A stretch of 64,000 nucleotides of DNA from Octopus sinensis (taxonomy: Eukaryota). The stretch is from positions 186,001 through 250,000 of the forward strand of contig NW_021829832.1 in NCBI RefSeq assembly GCF_006345805.1, given 5' to 3'. The position numbers were made by a program, and so were the translations under genes. Shown here one piece after another: positions 15,677-29,796 of the stretch; position 1 is the first letter of the stretch, and each line of letters opens with the position of its first letter. The notes under the pieces are model-generated. The model made no database searches. It had not been told where the DNA came from and worked only from the letters and a program-made list of their open reading frames with translations.

Positions 15677-18600
15677 ATGGAAAAACTAGAAAAACAAATT
15701 TCCGAAAAAAGCGAAATCAACGGAATCAGACTATTGGAAAAATTTCACGATTTTGACGGCCTTCGTTCAGGATTTGTTTCCAGTTTTTTTTAATTTAACC
15801 AATTTTAAGTCAGCCAATTTGTTCGGATTCTGTCCGGAGAATTGAACGTTAAATTAACCGACGATCAAATTGCTTATCTGTCAGACAAATATTGCGACGG
15901 AACAAAAGACAAAATAAATTATCAAAAATTCTACCAAAGTTTATCAAACAAATCGCCTCCCTGCGAATAGTTGTCGTTTAGTGTTTGAAGAAATAGTTTT
16001 GGAACATCAAGGACTGAGAATCAACTGAACAGCCAATCCGAAAAGGCAATAACAGAAATCATCAGCCGAATCGTCCGATACTACGAAACAAATGGCTTCA
16101 ATGTGTACCAGACTTTTCAAGATTTCAACATTCATAATATTGGCCGAATAACGGAATCTCAAGTAAATAACATGAACTAAAAATTAGTTTTATCGGGCTT
16201 TCCAGAAACCCGCAGATTTAAAAGAATACGAATTGGCTCTCATTGTATCAAAATATCGAAACAAGCAAGATCCGACTCTTATCAATTACATGAACTTTTG
16301 CCATGACGTAGCAGCAGTAACTGACCGGATGTACAACAAAACAATTCCCGAAACCACCAAAACTGTCGTTAAAAAGGTGAATTGAATATTTTCCATGAAT
16401 TGAAGGTTCCTTTGGAAACCCCCTCAATTTCATCAGTTGTCGATAAAATCAAAATGAAGTTATTTATTAACCGAATAAAAGCAAAAGAATTTTTTTCTGA
16501 CTTTGACAAATTAAGAAGTGGAGTAATTACAAAAGCACAATTTAAAAGCGCACTTTATCGTACATGTGGAAAGGAGTTGGGGTTGACAGAAAATGAACTT
16601 GAACACGTAGCATTCCTTTACAAATTTCCTTCAGCAGAAGACAAGGTGAATTATACTCTTTTTTGCTCCGAAATGAATAATGGTAAAGCTTTAAAACTAT
16701 TTTTCAGCATTTATCAACCCTGAGCTGGAAACCAACCCGACTTCCATTGTATACCGACCTTCGCCTGGTGAACTTTCTTGGGTAAACTTTTTGATCATAA
16801 ATACAATAGAAACCCTCACAAAATTTGACTGAAAAAGAGGAATTGATAATCAAAGAAATGACGGATCGGATAGCTGAGAAGGTTTTGAGAATGCGTCTTC
16901 CTTTGAATGTTTATTTTAAGGACTTTGACATGGTGATGGACATGATTAATATTAGGGAATTTTACAATCCTGTTTGATGACGCAGTCCAGATTTGATCGG
17001 AGTCTTGAAAACTTTGGACTTGCAGTAAATCAAATAGAAAGGAATCTACTTTACAAAAAATATAAAGATGATGTCAGTGGCTGGATTCATTACAGAAATT
17101 TTTTGATTGATGTGGATAAATGTTTTAGCATTTCTAATAAAAATAGCTTACAACAATCTCACTGAAAAAATTCAAAATCTTGAACAAACAAAAAGTTCCC
17201 AATGTCAGCAAAAAGAGGAAATTGTTGATTTCGAATCACTTCTAAAAAGAATGAAAATGAATGTTAATAAACGACAAATTCGGGTTTTATGAATTTTCTT
17301 AGACATTGGAAAATAGATCAAAGACTTTTTTCAAGAATTTGACGAACTCAGACATGGAGTTGTCACTAGAGAGCAATTTCGCAGACTTTTGTCACAACTG
17401 GGGTTCAGTAAACTGGGAGCAATGGACATATCCGATAAGGAATTCAACTGTCTTTATGAAAAATACGCAGCCAGTGACAGCCGTTTTATATGTTGGACTA
17501 AATTTGAAAATGACATGAATTTTGATAGTCGTCTAGAATCAAACGGTATAGAGACCAATGAAGATGGCAACGAAAAGGATCTTGATTCTCAAAAAATACC
17601 GTTTTGTAATATCGGGAACAATTATGATTATCGTATGTTGATTGACACATTTGAAAAACTTAATAAAGATGTCAGACAAAGGGGATTAAACGTCAGATTT
17701 GTTTTCCAAGATTTTGATAGGTAGTAAATTAGTTATATGTTCAAACATAGACTAAATAGTGGATACATAACTCGAGGACAGTTTGGTCGTTGTTTATCAC
17801 TACTGGATATCAAAGTCTCCCAATGTGAACAGAATTTGCTAGAAATTGCATTATGCAATTCCAAAGGATTTAATTACAACGAATTCTTGTCAAGAATTGA
17901 ACCGATAGTTCACCCAAAATATATGTACCCGGAACTCTTAGAAGCTAAAAATGCTACCAACAAGGAAAAATGTAATGAAAACTACGCACCTTCGAGTCTA
18001 AAAGATACGATTTCAGAAATCCGTCTTTTGGTCGATTTTTTAAGAATAAGAAACTAGATTAAAAGCAGAAACATACGAATAAGTGAATTTATGGAGAAAT
18101 TCGACAAACTAAATCACGGAATCATCAGCAAATCCGAGTTTTGTCGGGCACTGGACTCTTCAAACATAAAACTAAACTCCAACCAGCTTGCAAGTATTTT
18201 CACAACGTATTGAGTTTTATCAATCCAAGTTATCAAAATCCCACATCACAAGATATGATAAATTACCGAAGGTTCTCACACGATGTCGAATATGGACCAG
18301 AAAACGACTATCTCGAAGCAAATCCTTTGAGCAGTTCGGCCAGAGAGTATCAACGTCCGTCGACGTTTTCTTTGACTGACTCTCAAAGGGAAAATGTCGA
18401 TAAGTTTTTACTTACAATGTCAAATTTGGTGATGGAAATTGATCTTTATATATAGGTCAGACAACGGAGATTGGATTTGGTTCCAATGTTTAAGGACTTT
18501 GATGTGAATAATGTTGGGAGTATTTCCCGGCCTCAGTTTGATCGTTCTCTCTCTCTATTGGGATTGTCGCCCATTTTATGTCGAGACACTCAAGAAATTG

Positions 18601-18701
18601 TCCAAAAAATGTTTGGAAAGAAAGTCGGAGGGCGGGAGGACATTGACTATGTGGGTTTCTGTGAGAAGATTAATCAACTGGCGGGTTTTTGTCCTACTTG
18701 A
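15677..18701 (+). CDS. Large multi-EF-hand protein with tandem paired EF-hand-like repeats; uncharacterised
   Basis: Repeated unit F.DFD.L..G.(I/V)T..QF.R.L....INY..F in at least six exon groups (e.g. FSDFDKLRSGVITKAQF, FQEFDELRHGVVTREQF, FKDFDVNNVGSISRPQF), joined by micro-introns; TGA at 18699-18701. Confidence 0.75.
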
Positions 18702-19213
18702 TTAGACCTTAATTACCTCATTAACCCTATCACTTTCCTATTCGAATAATAATATAAATTTACAATATTCGGACACACTTTATGGGCGAGTTTTTGATTT
18801 TAAAGAACGATAATCGCCGTTTCATTAACATGTTGTCTAAGTAACTGATCAACTTTATTAAATTGTGATAAAAATAAATGTTTTTTGTGGTTAGATTTAT
18901 TTGTTGAGATGATTAGTCGACTTTTAGAGGATATCGCCAAGATTGGTAGATATGAAATTAAAATGGAGTTATTATCCTTGTATTATATTAAAATTGTTTA
19001 TTTTATTAGCATAAAATTAATAATTCTATATACTAATGTAAATATTATATGGTATTTATGACTGTTGTTAATATTTTTAATTGTAACTCAGCAATATTAG
19101 TGCAGAAATAGTACATTTTTAACACTAAAATATATCATTAAAAATTAACGATTTTAGGGCATCTTTAAGAAAGATAGGTTCTGAATTGGCTTACTTATAT
19201 AAGATCCAAAAAA

Positions 19214-21969
19214 ATGTCGTCTCAATCAACTTCAGCCAAAGGAGGAGCCTTAAAGTCAACGGAAGGCACATTCGAGGACATTTGGGCCAGCCTTGTCCAA
19301 AACTTAGATGATATTTTTATGAAAAATAAGATTGATAAACAAACATATATCATTATGCATACGTTCGTATTACCAACCAATAATTTTAAGCAAAATTCAC
19401 GACATTTGTGTCACTAACCCCCTGGCGACTAATACCGAGACTGTGTCCCTCAATGATGCAGTCACAGAACTCGACCTCTCCAAGGGCAAGTGGCTCTATG
19501 AAAAACTCGTTTTATATTTCACTTCGGTCTGTCGGAGGATTTTAGAGAAGGTTCCTGTCGGTGATTTATGGCTTAGTTGTCTCAGTTTGATGATTTGGAA
19601 TTGATTAGTAAATGTCTCGTCGAGTGGAATAGTTTCCGTGACTCAGTGCGGCTTTGCAACGACATTTTCTCATATTTGAACAGCAGTTGGATTTTAGGAA
19701 TCTCTCCAAGGGAGGGTCCTGAACTAATCATCCTCAACGTTGGTATTTACTCCTTTACTGTCAGTTGGGGTTCTTCATTTGGCGGAAAACAGTATTTTCT
19801 CAACTCTCTCATCGAATTGGATGCACAATTCTGAGTTTGATTTCGACAAGACGTGACCAAATCTGCACTGATTCAGAAATGATCAAATCATTGGTGGAGA
19901 TATATGGTTTGTGGGTTGTCTGTAAATCCAAGTCGTTGTAAATTTCCCTGAGATTGGACCTGCAGATCGCCAAGCGGATCTGAGTCTGTACGTGGAGTGC
20001 ATTGAGGTCCCTTTTATGAGGAATATGTTCTCCCACTACACGTCTTTGAGAGACGAACATTTTAATTCTTGTTTTAACTCTGTGGAGTCGTATATTAAAA
20101 AGGTTTTGTGCTGATTTGAAAATAGGTCGTGTCGTTTCTTTCTCAGGAACAGGAATTTATACAGAAGTACTTGCACAAGTCGAGTTTTGAGAAACTAGAA
20201 AGGCTGTTGTGGGATATCCTCGTCGTTTCAATGTCAGGGCCTATCTTGAGTCAAGTTGATTCATTCGTTGCCGACAAAAAATACTCGGGTTGTGGATTTT
20301 GCTGATTTTTAGAGATTAAACTGATTTATGATCTGTTTGTCTCATGTCCTGAACAAATGAACGAACTTAAGCTGATTCTTGAAGATTTGGTCTTCAAATA
20401 CGGGACTATTGCCATAGAAGAGCTCTATCATGAAGGATCACAAGTGGTGAGTCGTCGATTGTCATTTTTGTGCAGAATCCTGTTTGTTTTGTGGACAAAG
20501 TGCTTGATATCCACGACAGATTTAAAGAGGTCGTTCACCGATCATTCGGGGACTTTCAACAGTTTTATCCATATGTGGAAAAGGTGCACTGTGGCTGATA
20601 TTTCAGGGGTGTGTTCGCTTTGTCAATCATTCCAAGTCCCTGCCCTCCCATCACTCTCCGTCACTGATTTTATCACTGCACTGTGATTCGGTGATCAGAC
20701 AGAGGTACTTTTCAGTCACTACGTTTAGTGCTAGAATGTCCAACCGTTCTAACATTGATCGGGAATTCTGTCGAATGGTTGGATATTGGTGTTGCTAGGA
20801 ATAGATTTTGCTTCTTCGGTTCATCGAGGATAAGGAAGTGTTTCAGTCCAACCACGCCAAAGGATTGGCCAGACGACTTATTGTGTCTTCCAATAGAAAA
20901 CCATGTTTGGAAACCGAAAAAGAGTTTATTAGTCTTTTGAGGGTATTTTCCGTTCATTAGTTCAGGGGGAGTGTGGGGAGGACTATATTTGTAAACTGTC
21001 TCGCATGCTCTCCGAAGCTGCACATTTCGAGACGATCAACAAGGAATTCGCTCAGACTTTATCTGCGACAAATGAATCTGTTTCCTGTTGTTGTGTGTTT
21101 TGTTATTTTAAGACAATTTCAACTTTGTCGTCTTTTCTTCCTGGCCATTTGAAGAGTCTTACAATATAAACTTACCTCCTGAGGTAGTCGGTTCTTTGTT
21201 TTGTCAAGATGGCCCGAATCTGTGCTTTGTTTGAGCAATACTACGGGAATAAGAACGAGGGACGGAAATTAAGTTGGCTGCACAACCAATCCCACGGAGA
21301 AGTCGTCCTCAACTGTTTCCGTCGAGTTTACAACGTTTCGGTTGGTAAGTCGATGGTGACTTGCAGGCAACGACATATCAAATTGTGGTGCTTATGCTGT
21401 TCAATGATTATTCCAAACTTGCTCTTCGTGACGTGCAAGCAAAAACATTAATCGAATCTGTCTGTTTATAAATGGTGGATGTTGTAGGACGACTTGATTT
21501 ATACATGTGCTTCGCTGGTACAACATGGTTTGTTGCTGGCTGAGAACAGTCAATCAACTCCAAAGGATCCGGGGACTGAGCTTTGTCTTGACGACGTGAT
21601 GTCTCTTAACGTAAACTTTTCAAGGTTGGTGAAATTGATCACGATTAGCACAATGTATCGACTGAATATAATTATTCCTGAACGAGTCAAAAAAGTTGTG
21701 GATGATCCTAAAATGTTTGTCAATTTAGTGCAGGATCGGTCGGTGCTGTTGAAAGTAGTGCTGTTGTGTGATTTTAGGCCACGATTGTTCGACTAATGAA
21801 ACAACAAGGGTCATTTGTTCATAACGATTTGGTTGAGGCAGTTCTGGATTCCGTGTCTGAGCGCTTTGTTCCTGAGATTTCGGAAGTGAAAGAAGCAATA
21901 GATTCGATGGTGGAAAAGAATTATATTTTGCGATCTTCTGAGGATTTTTTTCTGTACCAATATGTTTGA
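19214..21969 (+). CDS. CUL1: Cullin, most similar to CUL1
   Basis: N-terminal EDIWASL.., EWNSFRDSVRLCNDIFSYLNSSW, GRKLSWLHNQSHGE and neddylation domain ATIVRLMK..HNDLVEAV..FVPEISEVKEAIDSMVEKNYILR..YQYV*. Paralog assignment is by resemblance only. Confidence 0.85.
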
Positions 21970-22469
21970 ATTCGTTTATCAAAAATAAAAATTCTATTTG
22001 TGAAAAATAACTTATGACTCTAAATGAAATAGCGAGTTGATTAGACTTATTTAAAGGATATCTAATTTAACAAGAAATATAATAATGAAAAAATATTTTA
22101 TTTTGTTACTAAAGTCTGCAATCCAACTTTTCTTGCTAAGAGTTTAACCAAGATGGTTCTGTCATTTCATATGACATCGAAACACGCTTAGAAAACTTGA
22201 AATTTGCACAATGTCTCTTAGCTATATAGGGACTCAAAACGTTAAAAGGCTGATTAGAAAACCAAAATGTGACTAATAAAAAAAAGATCTTAAATGCTGG
22301 GCAGGTTGTCATTTTTTTGTCGGCAAAATACAAGTTCACAGCAATGATATTCTATTGCTACGTAAAATACGCAAGTTCTTTATTTCCAGAAACGGAATAT
22401 ATTTGAGGCGATGAAGAGGCCTTAAACATTACATCGACTTGTACTCATGTAAAAACATGTTCCAAGATA

Positions 22470-22967
22470 TCTTAGTAATAAAATAATATGGTGTGTGCGT
22501 CTTTGTGTGCCTTCAAACTTTAAATTAGCAAAATACAGATAAATTGTCAAAATCCTTTCACCTCATAATTCGCTAATAATGGGAACAAGTCCGAAATGAT
22601 GAGGTCCTCCAAAATCTTCTACCCAAAAAACTAACATATCAAAAATATCCTCAATGATGAGTTGCAATTTCCTTTAAAGATGAGTCTTGCAATAACAATG
22701 AACAAGGCCCAGGGACAGTCATTAAAAGTAGTTGGCTTATTTTTAGAGAGCGAGTGCTTTTAAAATTGACAGCTGTATGTGGGATTCTCAAGGGTAGCCA
22801 GAAGAGAAAATTTATTCACATATGCCAAGGAAAGACGGACAAAAAACCTTGTTTATCAACAGGTGTTAGAATAGGGTTACATCAAACCAGGCCTTTTTAA
22901 TATATTTAGTTATTTGATGAAACAGAGCCTCCGCAGGAGCTAGGTCGCGGTGAGTGAGGCGAGCTAG
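22470..22967 (+). mobile_element. Short non-autonomous Helitron (498 bp), same family as 44060-46228
   Basis: A|TC start (TCTTAGTAATAAAATAATATGGTGTGTG), decayed helicase C-terminus (LQFPLKMSLAITMNKAQGQSLKVVG), GC-rich subterminal palindrome and CTAG|T end; no TSD. Confidence 0.85.
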
Positions 22968-23161
22968 TATTTAATATGACTAGAAAAATTATTGAAAAAG
23001 TAAAAGTTGCAACAAAAGTATTTTTTGTAGACAAAATTATAAAATAAATCAAACCAATTTCTGATTACCGTTGTATTAGAACTAAAAATTTGCGTTAACC
23101 CATAAATATAATATACAATAAATTATTTATATATAAAAAATAATAATTTGACACGTTTACA

Positions 23162-24108
23162 ATGGTCAGAGTAGTTGCCATGGTCAGGTCTGGGTAAATT
23201 TATCAACATTAGTGGAGGAAAGGATAGCTGCTACAACATGATGAAATGTGTAGAAAATGGCCACATCATTGTAGCCATAGTCAACCTATATTCCAATTCA
23301 TTTGACGGTATTCGAGTCCCACCTCACTCCCAGATGACACAAACAGTTATATGTATCAGACGGTGGGTTGCAGTGTTGTCGAACTCATTTCAAAAGCAAT
23401 GAAAGTCCCCTTTTTCCGCCAAGAAATCAAAGGGACCCCGATTTGTCACGACACCATCGAATACACTGTGACTCCTTTAGACGAGGTTGAATGTCTCTAC
23501 TCAATCCTGAAAACCATTAAAGTTGCTGAAATGACTTATTTTAGGCCCAAATACCTTTTGAAGCAGTCTCAGTGGGTGCTATATATTCTAGATACCAACT
23601 TAGTCGAGTAGAGAACGTGTTTGTCTTTATTTGTGATAATTCACTAGTTGTGAGAGGGTGGGGGCTGTCCCTCTAGCCTACCTCTGGGGTAGATCCCAAA
23701 TAGAACTTTTGGACGAAATGATAGCCATGGGAGTTACTGCTGTCATTATTAAAGTTGCATCTTTCGGTTATTGCCTTTTGGCTTATAAAAAGGGTTGACT
23801 TCATCAAAACATTTGGGAAAAGAACTACAGGAAGTGAGGGACCACCTTGTTTGGCTGGTTTATAAAAGTCGTGTAAAGTTTGTTATTAGAGTAATAAATA
23901 TGGGGGGAATGCGTGTGGAGAGGGCGGGGAGTATGAAACATTGACTTTGTCTTGCCCATTATTTGGTGGGTTGTATATAAAACTGTTGTGTTTGGTGGGA
24001 TTATGTTTGTTTAGTGACGAGACGGAGGTTGTGTATCCTCCGAATTTACCTTCAGAGAGTGGAGTTGCATATCTTCGGGTTATTAAGGCATCTTTACAAC
24101 AAAAATGA
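23162..24108 (+). CDS. DPH6: Diphthine--ammonia ligase
   Basis: Spliced MVRVVAMVSGGKDSCYNMM, SYMYQTVG, GAIYSRYQLSRVENV, PLAYLW and CGEGGEYETLTLSCPLF; seven GT-AG micro-introns; TGA at 24106-24108. Confidence 0.93.
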
Positions 24109-25376
24109 TTATTTTAAATTATTTTTTTATTATTAGTCGGCTAATAAGACGAAATGTTCACCAGGACTAAGAACAAAACAACCCTCAATACCCGGTACTG
24201 AGGTGTTCTCGCCTACGCCTATTTCTAATTCAGAAGACTTTCCTGGTTGGCATTCTGCTACTTCTTGCTCCACAACGAGAACCGAAATTATCATTTCAAC
24301 CTGCATACTCTCCAATTTTTGTAGTACGAGTGTTAGAATGTATGTCTCCACTACACTAATGGCTTCCAGTTGAGTTTTGGAAAATTTTAAAATTACCGCA
24401 ACGAAAATTAGTTTCATCTTTGCCTGGTTAATTGTCTCCAGTTTATTTGCCAACAGATCATATTTGTGAAACTTAGCAATTTTTTGAAGTGACCTTGACC
24501 TTGATGGATGTAGTTTTATCCCCTCTCTTGTCACTAACAAAAATATTTGACACATATTAAAACTAGTTTTAAATTATAAATCAATTATTTAAAGTATGAG
24601 CCTCGGATAGCGTGTGAATTTCGGCGGACAATTGCACACGAAATCCTCTGGAAGAGCCACGACGTCTCCCGCGGATCACCTGTTTTGATGCATCCACTAT
24701 TCCGATGCCTCATTGTAAATTTTTTTACTTAAATTCTTCAATACACCTTTCTTAGCAAGCAGATATGTGATTCTTGCATACAACCAGTCATCCGGAGTAC
24801 ACTCATCATTTATAATCCTGCGGATCTCACCACACAGATTGAAGTAAAATTTTTAATTACAAAAATTGAATATTCCATCATACCCACTTGCTTTTCAATT
24901 CGGAAGCATCTTGACCAATCATCCATAAACTTTGCATAATGCTGCCTCCTTATTATTTCCACTAATATTTTTACGAAATCGTCTTTTGTTTAATTCGAAA
25001 CACCAATTAGGTTTTCGGAATCCTTTCGTTTATCAGTTCGTTGATTCTTTTATTCATTTCTACAATTTTAATTCTGTCACTCACTAAGAAGACAATTTTG
25101 CTAAATTCTCCTTTTCGATTTTTTGAGTACATACGAGCACAAGGTATTACGTGTTTCTTTATTGAATTGCTCCTTTTCATTGTTTAATAAAATATTAATT
25201 CATTAAAAAATATATTATTGACTTAGCAGAGATGCGAAAGTAGCAGGGGAGGTCTTTTTAAGAGGTCTGTTTTCATATCCTCGACACTTTTCTAATTGGA
25301 TAAAGTATTTATCATTCATAAATGCACAGCTAATCGCCATCTTTTGGCTTTTTTTTAAAAAATTTGGAAAGCTAAG

Positions 25377-25730
25377 TTAATCAGAAATTAATCGGCCAGC
25401 AAGCCGGATGGAACAGCTGTTCCCTTGCACAACGGCCAACAGGATCCTTTGGATTAGGAATGTAAATTCCCTAGGATCCTTGGAGCGTAAAGAACAGAGG
25501 TGGCCGAGTTTCTTTAGATGATCAACTGTCTTTGTGCCAAAGACGCACGAAGTCTCAACAACAATTGGCCAAAACCAAAAGCCGTCTAACAAGCCCTGGT
25601 ATTTTTCGGATTTTGTATGTTCAGCCCTATTAGCACGGGACCCGGGCAGAGAGGCGGATTCGTTGATGGCCGACTTAGAGAAGGAATCAACACACGTGGC
25701 ATCCCAAACTAGTGGTTTACCAGCGTCGAT
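25377..25730 (-). mobile_element. 3' fragment of a CRE-clade (restriction-like endonuclease) non-LTR retrotransposon
   Basis: GKPLVWDATCVDSF..KSEKY..FWPIVVETSCVFG..FLIQRILLAVVQGN, which parallels the RLE C-terminus at 55293-55940. Confidence 0.75.
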
Positions 25731-26003
25731 ATAAATTGATATAAACAAAATCCGATTCAATTCAGTGACAGGACTGCTATTACTCTGATAAATTCAAATC
25801 TTAGATTTCGTTTAGTGAGGAAGACTATTCACTTTTATAACAACAAGTACTAAAGACTTACTGAGTGTCGATCCTGCGGTATCATGATATTGTCGACAAA
25901 TCGCCTGTTTATTTACATGGAGTAATTCATCATTTTTAATAATATTTAATAATAGTTTTTAAAATTCCAAAAAATGCACGATTATTAAGAATGAATATTT
26001 AAA

Positions 26004-26557
26004 ATGAAGCTTGTTATTCAACGTGTGACTTCAGCTTCAACATCAAGTTTGTTTTCCTTTAAAATAATAATTGGCAACGGAATAGTGGATGCAGCAATCG
26101 GCCATGGTCTGTGTGTGCTCATAGGAATATGTAAACACGACACTCGAACTGATATGGACTGGAGGTATACTTTATTCATCATTCCAGCATTCGTAAAATA
26201 CTTTCCATAAGGTTTTTCTCCGACGGTGATACAAAAATGGCCAAAAATATAATCGAGACCGGAGGAAGTATTCTTTGTATCAGTCAGGTTGAAGTTTTCG
26301 ACATTTTCTAGTTTACGTTGTGCCACCAATTGAAAGGGACTAAACCAAGTTTCCACCTGGCCATGGAAGCTAGTGAGGCTGAAAGTTTTTTTGAGGAGAT
26401 GACGTCGACTCTTCGATCAAAATATGAGGCAGATAAAGTTAAAAGTATTTAATATTTGTTTTATTTTTTAATAGCCAATGTTTTCGGGTCGTATTCGGCG
26501 ATTAATATTGTTAATGATGGTCCATTTACTTTGGTTTTGGATTCACAATCAAAGTGA
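26004..26557 (+). CDS. DTD1: D-aminoacyl-tRNA deacylase
   Basis: MKLVIQRVTSAS, GLCVLIGI, SQFTL, KPSFHLAM and the Gly-cisPro motif NDGPFT; TGA at 26555-26557. Confidence 0.95.
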
Positions 26558-27064
26558 CTTTCTGATTTTTATTTGATCATTTTATTTTTAATATTCAAAA
26601 AATGATTAGTTGAACTATCCTATCAAGGTTGACTGGACTTTTTAGAGACAAAAACTCAAGTAAAATACTTAGATGGACATAACTGTTGTTTTGAGCCTAA
26701 TTAAAGATACTTTTACCGGAAATTAAAAGGAGAGAATGACAATAATCAATTTAAGTTTAATAAAAGTGGATGTCTCTCGTTTTGGAAGAATATGTTGAAG
26801 AAACGGGGGATCCGTGAATTAACATTTACAACGGAGGACACTCACGCAGGTTTCAGTAAGGAAATTTGCTCGAAATAATCAAAAATTCCCTAACTGGAGA
26901 GCAAGTAAGTGTGATGGAGTCTGTAATTTTTCCTAAAGAGATTTACTTCAATCCACGATTTGAAGATGTTTGAATAATATGTGGGGATTACATTTCAGAT
27001 TAATAGTTCTATAAAGGAATGATGTTTCTAGGCAAATGATGTGCGATTCACTTGAGACCAATTA

Positions 27065-28581
27065 CAGTACCGCTCAAATGTTTCGGACCACCCTATTTTT
27101 CTCAATTTCCAAGTCAATCCTAAATTATTTTTATACGGTTCTTTAGAGAAACTTATTAGATAAGCTTAAACACATTTATTCTATTTTAAAAACTTGGACA
27201 GATATTCATGTTTGGCGCAATTTTAAAATTATCGATTTTATACTCGATCATATGTTCCGGACCAGTTTAAAAAAAACCGAAAATTTATTAAACTTATAAA
27301 AAGTTAATAATTAATATTTCCTCCGTTGTTCGTTATAACAGCATTTATTCGCTCTGGAAGTGAATTGTATAATTTTTCAATGTACGAATTATCAATCTCG
27401 TACCAATTTTTTTGGTCAAATTCCAGAGCTCTGGAAGATCTTTTGGTTCCAGATCATAAAGTTTTTGTTTTAGTACCGACCACATATTTTCAATAATATT
27501 CAGTTCGGGTGACTGGCTCGGCCAAGTTTCTAAGATTTTTATTTGTTTCCTTTGAAAAAAATTCATTGTCGACATGGACCGATGGGAAGGAGCGCCGTCT
27601 TGCTGGAGACATGGTCTCATCATAAAAATTTTCGAGTCCAACATTTATAATTCTCTGATACTCTGCGGAATCAACATTTTTAATGCATAAGACAATGTTT
27701 CTCCATCCATTTGCAGCAATAGCTCCCCAGACCATAATGCTAGGAGAAAATTTTCGTGTTTTTAAACAATATTTTGAGTCAAATCTAGAGTTTGGTGGCC
27801 TTCTAACATAATTTTTTGTGTTTGAATGCAAATTTATTTTGCATTCATCACTAAAAATAATTTTACCCCAATCATTTTGGCTCCAAGTTAATTTCTCAAT
27901 GCACCAATTTTTTCTAGCCTTTTTATGGCATATGGAAAGACTTGGTTTTGGGCATTGCTTTCGCCCATTCAAATTATTTCTTTGTAGGCATCTTTTAATT
28001 GTATTTGTGCTTACAATAGAATTTAATTTCATATCAAATTTAATTTGATTTGCCGTTTTTGTGGGGTCTGCTTTCGAAATTCTCACTAATTTGCGTTCAG
28101 ATCTTGGGGATAACAATCTCGGTCGACCAGATTTGGGTCTGTCGGAATATAGTCCAACGGATGAATATCTGGAAATTGTTCTTTGAACAGCAGTTTTGGA
28201 TATTTTTAATTTTTCGGCAATTTCTCTTTGTGAAGCTCCATCTTTAAAAAAAGTGATGATAGCGACCCGATCAACCAGTGAAACACGCGGCATTTGTTAT
28301 TTATTAGTCTTTTGTTTTTAATTGAATCAAAAATTATTTAAATTTAAAGAGATTTAACTGGTTCGAAACATATGATTGCAACTGGTCCGGAACATATGAT
28401 CGAGTCAAAAATCAATTATATTCAATTGGCGCCAACAAAAATATTTAAAGAAAATTTTAGAATAGAATAAATGTATTTAAGCTTATCTAATAAGTTTCTC
28501 TAAAGAACCGTATAAAAATAATTTAGGATTGACTTGGAAATTGAGAAAAATAGGGTGGTCCGAAACATTTGAGCGGTACTG
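27065..28581 (-). mobile_element. Tc1-like DD35E element, copy 1 (frameshifted)
   Basis: TIR CAGTACCGCTCAAATGTTTCGGACCA at both ends with TA flanks (27063-27064, 28582-28583). Near-identical to 49471-50991 but with a 2-bp deletion near 27610 and a 1-bp deletion near 27410 in the ORF. Confidence 0.95.
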
Positions 28582-29796
28582 TACATAATGCCAATTTATA
28601 CAAGCGGTTACAATCCTGTTCAGGATAATAATTTCAAACCATATTGAAGCATACTATTTTGGTATTGGTATCCAATTTTCCTAGAAGAATGTCTCAGGGA
28701 GGCAAGAAACGGGCGATTAATCAGCACAAATAATTTGGTGACTGCGTGGACAGACCGTGTTTTCTTGTGCTGAATTCTTGAAAATTCTGGACTTGTATTC
28801 TGGATTGTATATTTCAAGTTCAAATATTGATGTTACACACTGTCAGCGCGCATATTTGTAGAATATTGAACTCAAAGTTCTGGAAAGTGGCAACTGATAG
28901 TCCGAGTGATGGATTCCTTACACACAACAAACCATTTATGTATGACCTGAAAGTGTTATCCAAAAAAGATGATGTCCGAAGTCGTTGCTTTTTTAAAACC
29001 CGCTCGACTTTAACGGAATGTGGAAAAATCTCCCAAATTTGCAGAAATTAACCCCATAAGGAAGCTATTTAATTGAATCGATGGTTACCGATATCTTTGT
29101 GTGATGAAAAATAAAAGAAGCAGTTGTTTGAAAAACCAAGTGTTAAAGATAATATCAGGCGATGTACACAAGAGAATCACAAATTAAATTCGGTCAACAT
29201 GTTTACAGCTATCAATGAACATGGCCAGTTATTGTACAATTATTACATTTGGATTATCAATATGAAGATTATTATCATAATGTATGTGGAATTCTGAAAC
29301 CAGGAAATATAGAAATATTATATTTATCAAAAACAATTGGTGTCAGTGACACGTAAGAGTGAACGAGAGAATTGGAAAAGAAGTCGTTTTATTGTCTAGA
29401 AGGGCGGGTATTGTATGTATCGTTAAATCAAAAAGAAAATATGGCCATAATCGTAGAATATTTTAAACAAAAAATTGAAAATCTTGGAATTTATCGACGG
29501 GTCTGTTAAGTCCACAACAACATCTAATAGACAAGTTTAGTTGACATGCATATTTTTAGAAAATGTGGCGTTAAAAAATCAAAGAGACTAAGGACACTTT
29601 GTTAAATTATTGAAACAAGTCCAAGTCAAAAAGGTGAATAAATACGATTTACTGGCCAGTGAATTATCATTGATTCACGACGCTAAAGTAAACGTATTAC
29701 TAAATTGGAATGGAATTGCAAAAAACTTTTACAAACATCATCAAAATACTTGTAAAGGCGTATATTCAGAGCACTGTAATAAGGAAAACCCTATAA

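Noticed and set aside
24133-25000. ORF 24133-24555 and a minus-strand CSGDIHSNTRT string reminiscent of 2A
   Set aside because: No recognisable domain context, stops in flanking frames, and the NPGP core is absent; probably a decayed repeat, but I cannot support a call.
27818-28247. Antisense ORFs over transposases and RTs (also 36015-36728, 49806-50235, 10584-11279)
   Set aside because: Shadow ORFs of TE coding strands with no independent protein features.
28600-29780. Short ORFs that may be a decayed mobile element
   Set aside because: No motif or terminus could be identified.
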